Shown: positions 9,326-18,853, counted from the first letter of the stretch. The stretch: 64,000 nt of DNA from Candidatus Moraniibacteriota bacterium (GCA_016699795.1 CP065011.1:755449-819448); one strand, 5' to 3'. A program made the numbers and translations. The notes: a model not told the origin generated them from the letters alone.

Positions 9326-10591
9326 ATGTCTTTTGATTTTGAGAAAAAAAAGAAGAGTAAGAAAAAGAAGTTTTTTTTCGTTGTTTTGTTTTCTTTCTCT
9401 CTTTTTGTTTCTTGGAAATTATTAATAGGATCGACAAAAAATGATAATCCTATAGAAAGTACCCATGCACGAAAAGTTTTGGGTGTAGAAGATTTTTTGG
9501 AAACTTCCCCACAAGAAAAGGAAAAATCCTATGTAGAATATATGGTTTCTGAAGGGGATATTCCAGCTGATGTTTTCTTCTCTCAAGCAAAGTGGGATGC
9601 AAATGATATCGCAAACCTTCTGGATTCTTCCAAGGATATTTATGATTTTACTAATCTTAAAATTGGGCGGAAATTACGTTTTTTCTTTCTCGATGGGGAA
9701 AAAGCGACGCGTATGGAATATGATCGCGATACGGAGAGAAGTATTATCTGCGATCGGGAAGAAAAAAAATTCTCTGTTCGTGAAGAAGTTATTTCTTATG
9801 CAATAGAAAAAGAAAAGACGGAAATTACTATCGATTCATTTTTTTATGCAGACGCACTTGAATCTGGTTTGACGGAGTCAACAATTTTAGATTTGGCGGA
9901 TGTCTTTGCTTATGCTATAGATTTTTCAACTGAAATACAGCAGGGGGATTATTCTGAGATTGTGTATGAAAAAAGATATAAAGATGGAGAAAGGGGTCCT
10001 GACGGAAGGGTTCTTGTTGCAAGTTTTGAAAATAGTGGAAAAAAACATTTTGCTTATTATTTCGAACATGAAGGAAAATCTGGTTATTATGATGAGGAGG
10101 GGCGAGAAATTGTGCGACAATTTTTGAAAGCACCTTTAAATTTTCGTAGAATCACTTCTGGTTTTACGGGAGCACGATTACATCCTATAACAAGGACAGT
10201 TTCTGCTCATTATCAAATTGATTATTCTGCAAGCGTAGGAACTCCTGTGGTTTCTACTGCAAGAGGAACGCTAATAAGTGCCACTTGGGAAGGTGGATGG
10301 GGAAATATGGTTCGCATCCGGCATGATAATGGATACACGACACATTATGCTCATTTGAGCGCCTTTGCTAAAGGTGTGAAATCGGGAGGGAGTATTTCTC
10401 AAGGTCAAGTTATTGGCTATGTCGGTTCGACGGGATGGTCCACAGGTCCACATCTTGATTATGGAATGAAGCTTAATGGTGCGCCTATAAATCCTCTCAA
10501 AATAGATCAACCAAAAGGACCTCTTTTGGAAGGGGAGCTTCTTGAAAAATTTTGGGAACAAAAATCTCAATATGATCAATTATTAAATTGA
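9326..10591 (+). CDS. M23-family (LytM-like) peptidoglycan endopeptidase
   Basis: Lys-rich N-terminus plus TM. C-terminal M23 motifs HYAHLS and GSTGWSTGPHLDY. The annotated ORF begins at 9218, but the Met at 9326 followed by a signal-like segment is more plausible. Confidence 0.8.
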   Translation: MSFDFEKKKKSKKKKFFFVVLFSFSLFVSWKLLIGSTKNDNPIESTHARKVLGVEDFLETSPQEKEKSYVEYMVSEGDIPADVFFSQAKWDANDIANLLDSSKDIYDFTNLKIGRKLRFFFLDGEKATRMEYDRDTERSIICDREEKKFSVREEVISYAIEKEKTEITIDSFFYADALESGLTESTILDLADVFAYAIDFSTEIQQGDYSEIVYEKRYKDGERGPDGRVLVASFENSGKKHFAYYFEHEGKSGYYDEEGREIVRQFLKAPLNFRRITSGFTGARLHPITRTVSAHYQIDYSASVGTPVVSTARGTLISATWEGGWGNMVRIRHDNGYTTHYAHLSAFAKGVKSGGSISQGQVIGYVGSTGWSTGPHLDYGMKLNGAPINPLKIDQPKGPLLEGELLEKFWEQKSQYDQLLN

Positions 10592-10596
10592 TATAT

Positions 10597-11367
10597 TTAT
10601 ACTTTCATTCCATATCCCTTGGAAAATAGATGGGCAAGAATTTGCCAAAGAGCGGCAATAAGTCCAATCATAACAAAAGAACTAAGATAGGGATCGGTTG
10701 TGGCAATTCCAAACATAGAAAATCGAAGACCATCGATCATATAATAGAGAGGATTAAAAAGAAGAATTTTTTGCCAATAAGAAGGAAGCATCTCAATAGA
10801 ATAAAAAATCCCCCCAGTAAAACTTAAAGGCATCACAATAAGAAGTGGAAAGAGGGAGAGTTGTTCGAAGTTTTTTGCCCAAATACCAACAAGAACTCCG
10901 AGAAGTGAAAAAATGAAAGCTGAAAGAAAAGAGAAAAAGAGAGCGAGAAAAGGATGTATAACAGAAATATCAACGAAGAATAATGCGGAAAAGTAAATAA
11001 GAAATCCTATAAAAAGAGCTCGAACGGTACCACCAAGAGCAAATCCTAGAATAATCTCTTTGTAGGTTATGGGGGTAGTAAGCATATCAATAATAGTTCC
11101 TGAGAATCGAGGGAAATAAATTCCACTTGATGAAGCGCTGAGAGCATTGGTTACTAATGCCATCATAATAAGTCCTGGAACGATGTACTGACCATATTCT
11201 AGGGAATTTTTCATGGAAAGACTTGTTCCTACAGTAGCTCCAAAAACAATAAAATAAAGGAAAGTGGAGAGAGTAGGGGAAATAATGGTCTGAAGAATGA
11301 CCTGGCGAGTTCTTTGAACTTCTCTATAAAAAATAGCTCCGAGTGCAATAAAATTAAGATATACCAT
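10597..11367 (-). CDS. ABC-2 type transporter permease
   Basis: 256 aa with 6 predicted TM helices, immediately downstream (minus strand) of an ABC ATPase. Confidence 0.75.
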   Translation of the reverse strand: MVYLNFIALGAIFYREVQRTRQVILQTIISPTLSTFLYFIVFGATVGTSLSMKNSLEYGQYIVPGLIMMALVTNALSASSSGIYFPRFSGTIIDMLTTPITYKEIILGFALGGTVRALFIGFLIYFSALFFVDISVIHPFLALFFSFLSAFIFSLLGVLVGIWAKNFEQLSLFPLLIVMPLSFTGGIFYSIEMLPSYWQKILLFNPLYYMIDGLRFSMFGIATTDPYLSSFVMIGLIAALWQILAHLFSKGYGMKV

Positions 11368-11373
11368 AGAGCC

Positions 11374-12297
11374 TTATTTCTTTTGGATGAGTTGCATAAA
11401 TATTTCTTCTAAGGAGCTCGTCTTTGTATCAATGTCACGAACTCGTATATCAAGACTTTTGAGCTCATTAAGAAGAGAGAGAGGAGAATCATTTTCTTTG
11501 GTAACGAAAAATCTCAATGTTAGACCTTCATGTATCAATTCGAACTTATGATGTTCGAGTGTTTTAGGAATAGAAAGGAGTGGTGTTTGAAGATGGAGAT
11601 CGATTCGTTTTTTTCCGAGTTTCTTGAGAAAAGAGGCGGTTTCTCCTACAGCTATTATTTTTCCATTGTCTATAATACCGATTCTATCAGCCATTTCTTC
11701 AGCTTCTTTGAGGTAGTGAGTGGTAAGAATTATAGTGGTTCCTTGCTCTTTAAGTTTTTGAATTTCTTGATACATTTCGTGACGAAGCTCTACATCAACT
11801 CCGGCAGTAGGTTCGTCAAGAAAAAGTATCTGAGGTTCATTCATAAGCGCTTTCGCTATAAGTACACGACGCTTCATTCCTCCTGAAAGGTTTTTAACTT
11901 TTTCTGTTCGCTTGTCCCAAAGAGAAAGTGATGTGAGTGTTTTTTGAATAAGAGGAAGATTTTTTGGCTTTCCATAAAGACCTCTTTGGAAAATAAGTGT
12001 CTCCAAAACAGTAGAAAAAATATCAAGAGTAAGTTCTTGAGGAACAACTCCTATATATTGCTTAGCTTTTTGACTTTCATGATCAATATTGTGATCAAAT
12101 ACAGAAATAAATCCAGAAGTTTTTTTGACATAGCCAGTAATACATCCAATAAGTGTTGTTTTGCCAGCACCATTGGGACCAAGAAGTGCAAAAAGTTCAC
12201 CCTGTTTGATATCGAGAGAGATATCATTGAGGGCATACATTCCTTTGGAATAAGATTTGGTGAGATTTTTTATTGAAATAGCAATATCCATAGCCAA
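11374..12297 (-). CDS. ABC transporter ATP-binding protein
   Basis: Walker A GPNGAGKTT, signature LSGGMKRR, Walker B LFLDEPTAGVD. Confidence 0.9.
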   Translation of the reverse strand: MAMDIAISIKNLTKSYSKGMYALNDISLDIKQGELFALLGPNGAGKTTLIGCITGYVKKTSGFISVFDHNIDHESQKAKQYIGVVPQELTLDIFSTVLETLIFQRGLYGKPKNLPLIQKTLTSLSLWDKRTEKVKNLSGGMKRRVLIAKALMNEPQILFLDEPTAGVDVELRHEMYQEIQKLKEQGTTIILTTHYLKEAEEMADRIGIIDNGKIIAVGETASFLKKLGKKRIDLHLQTPLLSIPKTLEHHKFELIHEGLTLRFFVTKENDSPLSLLNELKSLDIRVRDIDTKTSSLEEIFMQLIQKK

Positions 12298-12548
12298 AAA
12301 GCTATCACGGTATGAAATATTTGTCGAGAGGGATTTACTTAAAAGAAGAAAAAATAAATCTTTTCAAGAAAGAAAGAAGGGTGTAAAGTGATAGTATAAA
12401 GTGTATTATTTATTGGGAAGAATGGAGATTAAAAAATGATAAAGAAGGACTTTAATTCTTGGAGGTTAAAAATAAAATAGATGAAGAAATTTGTGTATTT
12501 GTATTGGTAAAATGAAGTAAAAAGTAGAATATAGTAAATTAATTTACA

Positions 12549-13553
12549 TTGTGTATGGATATTGAATGTATTAAAAAATGGTCAAAATCACATAGAATCA
12601 TAGTGGCTTCCATTATTTTTGTTCTTGTTGTTGTTTTTGTTTTGATAGTAAATAAAAAGAGTAATTTAGGAACATTCTCTTCATACGAACAAGGGCTTTC
12701 AGGAAGTACCTATGAAAACGTAGCAGGACAAAGAAAAAATTCTCTTCCTATGGGAGTATCTCCAGAAAATACTTCTTTTGAAAGTTCTCTCGTTTCGGAT
12801 CAATCTTCCTTGGATGTTCCGGTTTCGCAAAATGAAATCATGATGGGTGTTGAAAAAGAAACCGAACAGCAAAAAATTATCAAAGAAGGAGATCTTACTT
12901 TAAAAATAAAAAATGTAGATATTACTTTGGAGGAAATCCGAGGAGTTGTGGAATATCACAAAGGAATTATTTTTGGTACTCAAATAAATAGAGATTCTCA
13001 GGGATTGAGAAGGGGTGTGATAACGGTAAAAGTTCCAGTTGATGCTTTTGATGGAGCAATGATTGGTATAAAAGAAAAAGCCTTACTCGTGTTGTATGAG
13101 AATACTACGGGACAAGACATAACAGATCAATACGTAGATCTTCAAGCAAGACTCAAAAACAAACAAGCAGAAGAAACTGCCTTTATAAAAATAATGGCAG
13201 ATGTAAAAGACTCAGATAGTATTATAAAAGTAACCAAAGAACTTTCTCGTGTTCGTGGAGAAATCGAAAGGCTTCAAGCGCAAATTCGCAATCTTGAAGC
13301 AAAAACAGATATGTCCACAATAAGAATTACTATTTCTGAAGATCAAGAAATTACATTGACAGATACGTGGCGCCCTTGGCAAGAAGTGAAGGATAGAGTA
13401 AATGAATTGTTGGATTCTTTCCGTTCCACAGTGAATTTTTTCATCGTTCTTTTTGTGTGGTTTCTCCCTCTTTTGATTGTTTGGGGAATTATTTTTGTAG
13501 GAACATTCTTTCTTGTCCGAAAAATATACAGAAAGTTTTTGCAGAAGAAATAA
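12549..13553 (+). CDS. DUF4349-like protein (N-terminal TM, coiled coil, C-terminal TM)
   Basis: N-terminal hydrophobic helix, central coiled-coil (LQARLKNKQAEE...RLQAQIRNLEAK) and C-terminal TM. Architecture and VKVPVDAFD segment resemble DUF4349. Confidence 0.45.
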   Translation: MCMDIECIKKWSKSHRIIVASIIFVLVVVFVLIVNKKSNLGTFSSYEQGLSGSTYENVAGQRKNSLPMGVSPENTSFESSLVSDQSSLDVPVSQNEIMMGVEKETEQQKIIKEGDLTLKIKNVDITLEEIRGVVEYHKGIIFGTQINRDSQGLRRGVITVKVPVDAFDGAMIGIKEKALLVLYENTTGQDITDQYVDLQARLKNKQAEETAFIKIMADVKDSDSIIKVTKELSRVRGEIERLQAQIRNLEAKTDMSTIRITISEDQEITLTDTWRPWQEVKDRVNELLDSFRSTVNFFIVLFVWFLPLLIVWGIIFVGTFFLVRKIYRKFLQKK

Positions 13554-13872
13554 AAAATTTAAATTCTGAAAACTCGTTTTAAAAATAGAATTCTTTTTGT
13601 TTGTTCTTGCGAGGGATAAATGAGCTTTTCTGTGTTTTTTCTGGCTCATAAATAACCAAGAGTGTAGGTGTTTAAAATACTTTAGTTTGAGAAGAGAATG
13701 CTTTTTTAAAAAGAATACTCCTTTTTTTAAAGGCATTCTTTTCAAATTGATTTTTGCAGAGTAAAGTAGAAGGGCACTGTTACTAATTTTTGTTTTTCTT
13801 GGAATTTTCATGAAAAATTTGGAATTTTTATTATTAAAACAAGAGTGGTCATAGTCTCGAAAATATCTATCA

Positions 13873-16863
13873 ATGCTGAATATTATATGTATGAAATATC
13901 AACCTCGAAAAATTGAGAAAAAATGGCAAAAATATTGGGAAGAAAAGAAGACATTCAAAGACTATTCGAAAAAAGAGAAATTTTACGCTTTGGATATGTT
14001 TCCCTATCCATCAGGATCAGGTCTTCACGTAGGACACCCTAAAGGATATATCGCAACAGATATTTCTGCGCGTTTTGAAATTTTACGAGGAAAGAGTGTT
14101 CTTCATCCGATGGGCTGGGATGCCTTTGGACTTCCCGCAGAAAATTATGCTATCAAAAACAAAATACATCCTAGTGTTGCGGTGAAAGAAAATATAAAAA
14201 AATTCAAAGAACAACTTCGAAAAATTGGATTTACGTATGATTGGGATCGAGAAATTAACACAACAGATCCAAAATATTATAGGTTCACGCAATGGATATT
14301 TCTTAAAATGTTTGAAAAAGGTCTTGCTTATGAATCCTATGAACCAATTAATTGGTGTCCAGGATGTAAGACAGGTTTGGCAAATGAGGATTTGGAAAAT
14401 GGATTGTGTGAACGGTGTGGATCTGAAATTGAACAAAAACCAATGCGTCAGTGGGTACTAAAGATGACGGAGTATGCCGATCGACTTCTTGAAGATTTGG
14501 ATATAAAAGATTTAGATTGGGAAAAATCCATTATAGATCAACAGAAAAATTGGATAGGTCGTTCAGAAGGAGTTGTTGTAAAATTCCCTCTTAGTATTGA
14601 GAAAGATGAAGCGACGAAGCAATCCAAAAAAAGTGCGTATGAAGAAGGAATTAATAGTCAAAAAAGTACCCATGATAAAAATTTTATCGAAGTCTTTACG
14701 ACGCGAGTAGATACTATTTTTGGATGTACCTATATCGTCGTTGCTCCGGAGCATCCTTTGATGAAATCTCTTTCTTCTTGTTCCTCTCGCAAAGAAAAAA
14801 CTTTAGAAATCTGTATTTCAAATTTGGATGAAGTAAAGCATTATATTGAACAAGCAAAGAAAAAAACGGTGATGCAAAGAACGGAGCTTGCCAAAGAAAA
14901 AACGGGAGTTGAGCTTAAAGGAGTGCGAGTAATAAATCCATTCAATGGAGAATCTGTCCCAGTGTTTGTTGCTGATTATGTATTAGGTTCTTATGGTACT
15001 GGTGCAGTTATGGCTGTTCCATCTCATGATGATCGGGATTTTGAATTTGCAAAAAAGTATAATCTTCCACTTCGTCAGTCGGTAGCTATTCTTTTTTCGG
15101 ATTTAGAGGGAAAGGATGCGGTTAGAAAGGATGCTGAAACTGTCCGTCGAAGAACAGCATTTGCTTTTTTAAAGCATTGGTCTGAAGATGCGTATCTTTG
15201 TCTTGATTGGGAGAAATTTGGCTGGCATTCAGGAATTATTGGAGGTGTTGAAGATAAAGAACAATTTTTAGATACAGCAAAACGTGAAATTATCGAAGAA
15301 ACAGGATATCAAAATCCAGAATTTGTTCGTTTTCTTGGAGGAGAAATACATACACATTTTTATGCGGCACATAAAGGAATAAATAGATATGCTGAAGGAA
15401 GGGGAATGGTATTTCAACTTAAAAATGATAAATGGAAATCGCCGAAAGAGGAAGAAACTTTGAATCATAAAGCTGTATGGATAACGGGCGATAAAATGAA
15501 AAGTTTTTTGAATCTCGAGAATTTTGAATATATGTGGGAGATTCTTTGTGGTAAAAAATCAGAATGTTTTACTGGAGAAGGAGTGCTGGTAGATTCAGGA
15601 GAATTCACGGGACTTTCTTCTCAAGAGGCGCGAGAAAAAATGACGAAATGGCTTGAGAAAAAAGAAAATGGAAAAAGAACGGTGAATTATAAAATGAGGG
15701 ATTGGGTTTTTTCTCGTCAAAGGTATTGGGGCGAGCCCATACCTATTATTCATTGTAAGCAATGTAGGGCTGTGGGAGTTCCTGAGGAACAATTGCCAGT
15801 TATACTGCCCGATGTGAACTCTTATGAACCTACAGGAACGGGAGAATCACCTCTTTCTGGGATTGAAAGTTGGGTTAATACCGTATGCCCCAAATGTGGT
15901 GGGCCAGCGAAACGTGAGACGAATACAATGCCTCAATGGGCGGGATCATCGTGGTACTATCTTTCTTATATTGTAAAAGTTGATTCTGAATTTCAATTCT
16001 CAAATTCTAGTCTTTATAGTCAATGGCTTCCTGTAGATCTTTATGTAGGGGGAGCAGAACATGCGACGAGACATCTTCTTTATGCTAGATTTTGGCATAA
16101 ATTTTTGTATGACATAGGAATAGTTCCTACGAAAGAGCCTTTCAAAAAATTAGTACATGTGGGGCTTATCAATGCTGCAGATGGTCGCAAAATGAGTAAA
16201 CGCTGGAATAATGTTATTAATCCTGACGATGTAGTGGCAGAATTTGGCGCCGATTCTTTGCGATTGTATGAAATGTTTATGGGGCCTTTTACACAAAAAA
16301 TTGCATGGAATACAGAAGGGGTGAGTGGTGTGAGAAGATTTCTTGAAAAAGTTTGGCGACTTGGAGAAAGAGTCTCGATAGATAATCAGCTTGTAATGAA
16401 AGATACGACTAAAAACTTGCTTCATAAAACTATTAAAAAAGTAACAGAAGATATTGAAAATTTTCGATTTAATACAGCGATAAGTTCCCTTATGATTCTT
16501 TCTCATGATATGGAAAAAGAAAAAGAACTTCCAGGTGAACTGTATAAAATTTTTCTCCTTCTTTTGTCTCCCTTTGCTCCTCATATAGCAGAAGAGCTTT
16601 GGGAAAAAATGGGACATAAAACATCTATTTTTCTTGAGTCATGGCCGGAATATAGCAAGGAAAATATACAGGATGCTTATAGCAATTTTGTTTTTCAAGT
16701 GAATGGAAAAACTCGAGATATACTTGTATTGAAGACAAATATTTCTGAAGAAGAAATTAAAAATAACGCACTTTCAAATCAGAAAGTACAAAAATTTATT
16801 GAAGGAAAAGAAATCCGAAAAATTATTTTTGTAAAAGGAAAATTGATAAATATTGTTGTGTGA
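13873..16863 (+). CDS. leuS: Leucyl-tRNA synthetase with an inserted Nudix-hydrolase domain
   Basis: HIGH motif HVGHPKGY and KMSKS motif KMSKRW. Editing-domain block GTGAVMAVPSHDDRDFEFAKKYNLPL. Catalytic-core blocks VNYKMRDWVFSRQRYWGEPIP and LYVGGAEHATRHLLYARFWHKF. Between editing and catalytic blocks (aa ~415-565, nt ~15115-15570) sits a perfect Nudix box GGVEDKEQFLDTAKREIIEETGY. The Met at 13891 may be the true start. Confidence 0.95.
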   Translation: MLNIICMKYQPRKIEKKWQKYWEEKKTFKDYSKKEKFYALDMFPYPSGSGLHVGHPKGYIATDISARFEILRGKSVLHPMGWDAFGLPAENYAIKNKIHPSVAVKENIKKFKEQLRKIGFTYDWDREINTTDPKYYRFTQWIFLKMFEKGLAYESYEPINWCPGCKTGLANEDLENGLCERCGSEIEQKPMRQWVLKMTEYADRLLEDLDIKDLDWEKSIIDQQKNWIGRSEGVVVKFPLSIEKDEATKQSKKSAYEEGINSQKSTHDKNFIEVFTTRVDTIFGCTYIVVAPEHPLMKSLSSCSSRKEKTLEICISNLDEVKHYIEQAKKKTVMQRTELAKEKTGVELKGVRVINPFNGESVPVFVADYVLGSYGTGAVMAVPSHDDRDFEFAKKYNLPLRQSVAILFSDLEGKDAVRKDAETVRRRTAFAFLKHWSEDAYLCLDWEKFGWHSGIIGGVEDKEQFLDTAKREIIEETGYQNPEFVRFLGGEIHTHFYAAHKGINRYAEGRGMVFQLKNDKWKSPKEEETLNHKAVWITGDKMKSFLNLENFEYMWEILCGKKSECFTGEGVLVDSGEFTGLSSQEAREKMTKWLEKKENGKRTVNYKMRDWVFSRQRYWGEPIPIIHCKQCRAVGVPEEQLPVILPDVNSYEPTGTGESPLSGIESWVNTVCPKCGGPAKRETNTMPQWAGSSWYYLSYIVKVDSEFQFSNSSLYSQWLPVDLYVGGAEHATRHLLYARFWHKFLYDIGIVPTKEPFKKLVHVGLINAADGRKMSKRWNNVINPDDVVAEFGADSLRLYEMFMGPFTQKIAWNTEGVSGVRRFLEKVWRLGERVSIDNQLVMKDTTKNLLHKTIKKVTEDIENFRFNTAISSLMILSHDMEKEKELPGELYKIFLLLLSPFAPHIAEELWEKMGHKTSIFLESWPEYSKENIQDAYSNFVFQVNGKTRDILVLKTNISEEEIKNNALSNQKVQKFIEGKEIRKIIFVKGKLINIVV

Positions 16864-17007
16864 AGTTGATAAAAATTTTGATTGTAGGGTAGAAAAAGTC
16901 CTTCTTATAAAACGTGTTTCCTTTTAATGCTTTCTTAGTTAGTGAGATATATAATGCAAAGAGTGCTCTGTTTTGGTTTCGTATTATTAATTAATCCTTA
17001 TATATAC

Positions 17008-17435
17008 ATGGATCGAGAGAAAATCATTACTCTATTAAAAAATCAACATCGAATGCTACAGCTGATCTTACGAGAGTGCTTGAAATTTTTGATTCAGGAG
17101 AGGATGAGAGAATAGGAGATGTTATTTTACATTTGAATACATTTAAAAAAAATTTAGTAGCACATTTGAAATTGGAGGACGAAAAGTTTTATCCAGACTA
17201 CTTCAATACAAAAGAAGAAAATGAAAGAGCTGTTGAGATGGGCAAACAATTAATCGAAGAAATGAATAATATTGCAAAAGACGTTTTAAATTTTCTGGAT
17301 ACCTATACAAGTGTTGATTCAATTAGAAATGCTAAAGAAGATTTTAGAAAAGAATTTTTAGGCATTATGAGCACACTTAATATGAGAATAGAGACAGAAG
17401 AAGAGGATTTATATGATATGTATTTACTTTCTTAA
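17008..17435 (+). pseudogene. Hemerythrin-like (HHE cation-binding) domain gene, apparently frameshifted
   Basis: A short ORF (17008-17115, MDREKIITLLKNQHRMLQ...) continues in another frame as a 17076-17435 ORF carrying the H-x-x-x-E-x-x-x-F-P pattern (AHLKLEDEKFYPDY). Together they would form a ~140-aa hemerythrin-like protein; the join lies in a T5-containing stretch. Confidence 0.35.
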
Positions 17436-17549
17436 AAATTACTAAGAAACTATCTTTGATGTTTCTCATAAAAAGAGAAAAGTCTTCCGAATCATTTTTA
17501 CTTTCCTCGTCCCTTTTTTAGAATTTCTTTCTCTCGCATTCAATCTTTC

Positions 17550-17585
17550 CCCCCGCGAAAGCGGGGGACTAGCCGATTCTTTTTA
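17550..17585 (+). terminator. Stem-loop with GAAA tetraloop (putative terminator)
   Basis: cccccgc-gaaa-gcggggg, a 7-bp GC stem, with a T-run 11 nt downstream. Confidence 0.4.
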
Positions 17586-17675
17586 TGCCAGAGTGTAAAG
17601 CTTATTAAAGATAAATACATTGTGTATAAAAAAGTATTGCTTGATTTTTGCTTTATTTTTTGATACTATTTCTCT

Positions 17676-18541
17676 ATGAATCCACTGAAAAAAACTTCAC
17701 TTTTCTGGGATGTAAATTGCCAAGAATTGGATGAAAATATCCATGGTGAATTTATTGTGTCTCGTATACTTTCCTTTGGAAATGAAGAAGATGTTTCTTG
17801 GATGATGAAAACATATACAAAAAAACAGCTCGAAGAAATTTTTCAAAAATACGAAAAAGTTCTCGATGAAAAATCGAGAAATTATTGGTTTATTTTCTTT
17901 ACAGTACATGGCTTATGTATCCCGAAACTATCAATCACCAAACAAAGTGCGTTTTCGAAAAGATAAAAGATATTCCTCTTTTGGAACGTTTTTATCTTGC
18001 TGGAGGAACAGCACTTGCTATAGAAATCGGACATCGTATTTCTGTGGATTTAGACTTTTTTTCATTACAGAGATTTGAGAGAGAAAAATTAAAAAAATAT
18101 CTTTCTCAAAAAGGATCTATGACTCTCGTTTCTGAAGATGAAGGAACACTTCATTGTATTCTAGATGGAGTGAAACTAAGTTTTTTGGAGTATCCTTACA
18201 AAATGCTTTTTGAATTCGTGGAATTTTCTGGGATAAAACTTGCAGATGAAAGAGATATTGCTTCGATGAAAATAGACGCTGTTTCTTCTCGAGGAAGTAA
18301 AAAAGATTTTATCGATATATATTTTCTCCTCAAAAAATATAAACTTTCCGAAATAATAGGATGCTTTGAGGAGAAATTTAGTGATATACAGTACAATACC
18401 ATCCATATATACAAAAGCTTAGTTTTTTTCGAAAATGCAGACCTTGAGCCTATGCCAGTTATGATCGTTCCCCTTGATTGGGAAGGGGTGAAAAAATATA
18501 TTACTCACGAAGTAATGAATATGCAGGAGAAGAGTCTTTAA
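17676..18541 (+). pseudogene. AbiEii/AbiGii-type nucleotidyltransferase (type IV TA toxin family) with an N-terminal extension; frame change near 17880-17900
   Basis: C-terminal part (frame of 17885-18541) has the family signature FYLAGGTALAIEIGHRISVDLDFF. The N-terminal 96-aa ORF (17676-17966, LFWDVNCQELDENIHGEFIVSRILSFGNEEDVSWMMKTY) ends inside a T-rich run (tggtttattttctttac). The downstream frame is open from 17870 with no ATG, so a single gene with one indel is the most economical reading. Confidence 0.55.
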
Positions 18542-18600
18542 TTCATATATATTTTTTAATGTCTTTTTGAGTGAGTTCTTGTTTTTATTTTTATACTTTT

Positions 18601-18744
18601 CTTTTCTGTCTTTGTGAGGCTGTACTCAGTCGTGGCAAATCAGTCCGATCCGAGTCATTGCGAGGAGGAGTCTTCGCGTGAAGTGGCAATCCAGAGCTCA
18701 TTCCTCCCCCTGAGGAAAAGGGGGATTGAGGGGGATTTTCTTTT
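18601..18744 (+). repeat. Conserved intergenic element R1 (copy of R2 at 56505-56642)
   Basis: About 140 bp, nearly identical to 56505-56642 (core cagtccgat.cga.tcattgcgaggaggagtcttcgcgtgaagtggcaatccagagct.attcctcccccT.ag.aaaagggggattgagggggattttcttt). Contains a cccccT-N7-aggggg hairpin followed by a T-rich tail. Confidence 0.7.
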
Positions 18745-18853
18745 TCGTTTTTATGAGTGTGGTGAAGCAAACCAGGAATTTCGGATGGACCGCCACGTCG
18801 AGGACTCCTCGCGGATATGGAAAGAGGGGAAAAATGGATAATAGTCTTGACTT

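Noticed and set aside
11530-12276. Plus-strand ORFs 11530-11886 and 11944-12276 of 110-118 aa.
   Set aside because: They are antisense to the well-supported ABC ATPase gene (Walker A/B and signature intact) and give Phe/Lys/Asn-rich low-complexity translations.
13554-13872. T-box riboswitch leader upstream of leuS.
   Set aside because: No T-box consensus (AATTAGGGTGGNACCGCG-like) or specifier/antiterminator arrangement is recognisable. Only AT-rich sequence with a weak inverted repeat (gaatgc...gcattc at ~13700-13745).
18614-18841. 75-aa ORF (MRLYSVVANQSDPSHCEEESS...) predicted in the intergenic region.
   Set aside because: It lies entirely over the conserved R1 repeat. Its counterpart R2 has no equivalent ORF. 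The sequence is hairpin-rich, so it is more likely RNA or DNA structure than protein.
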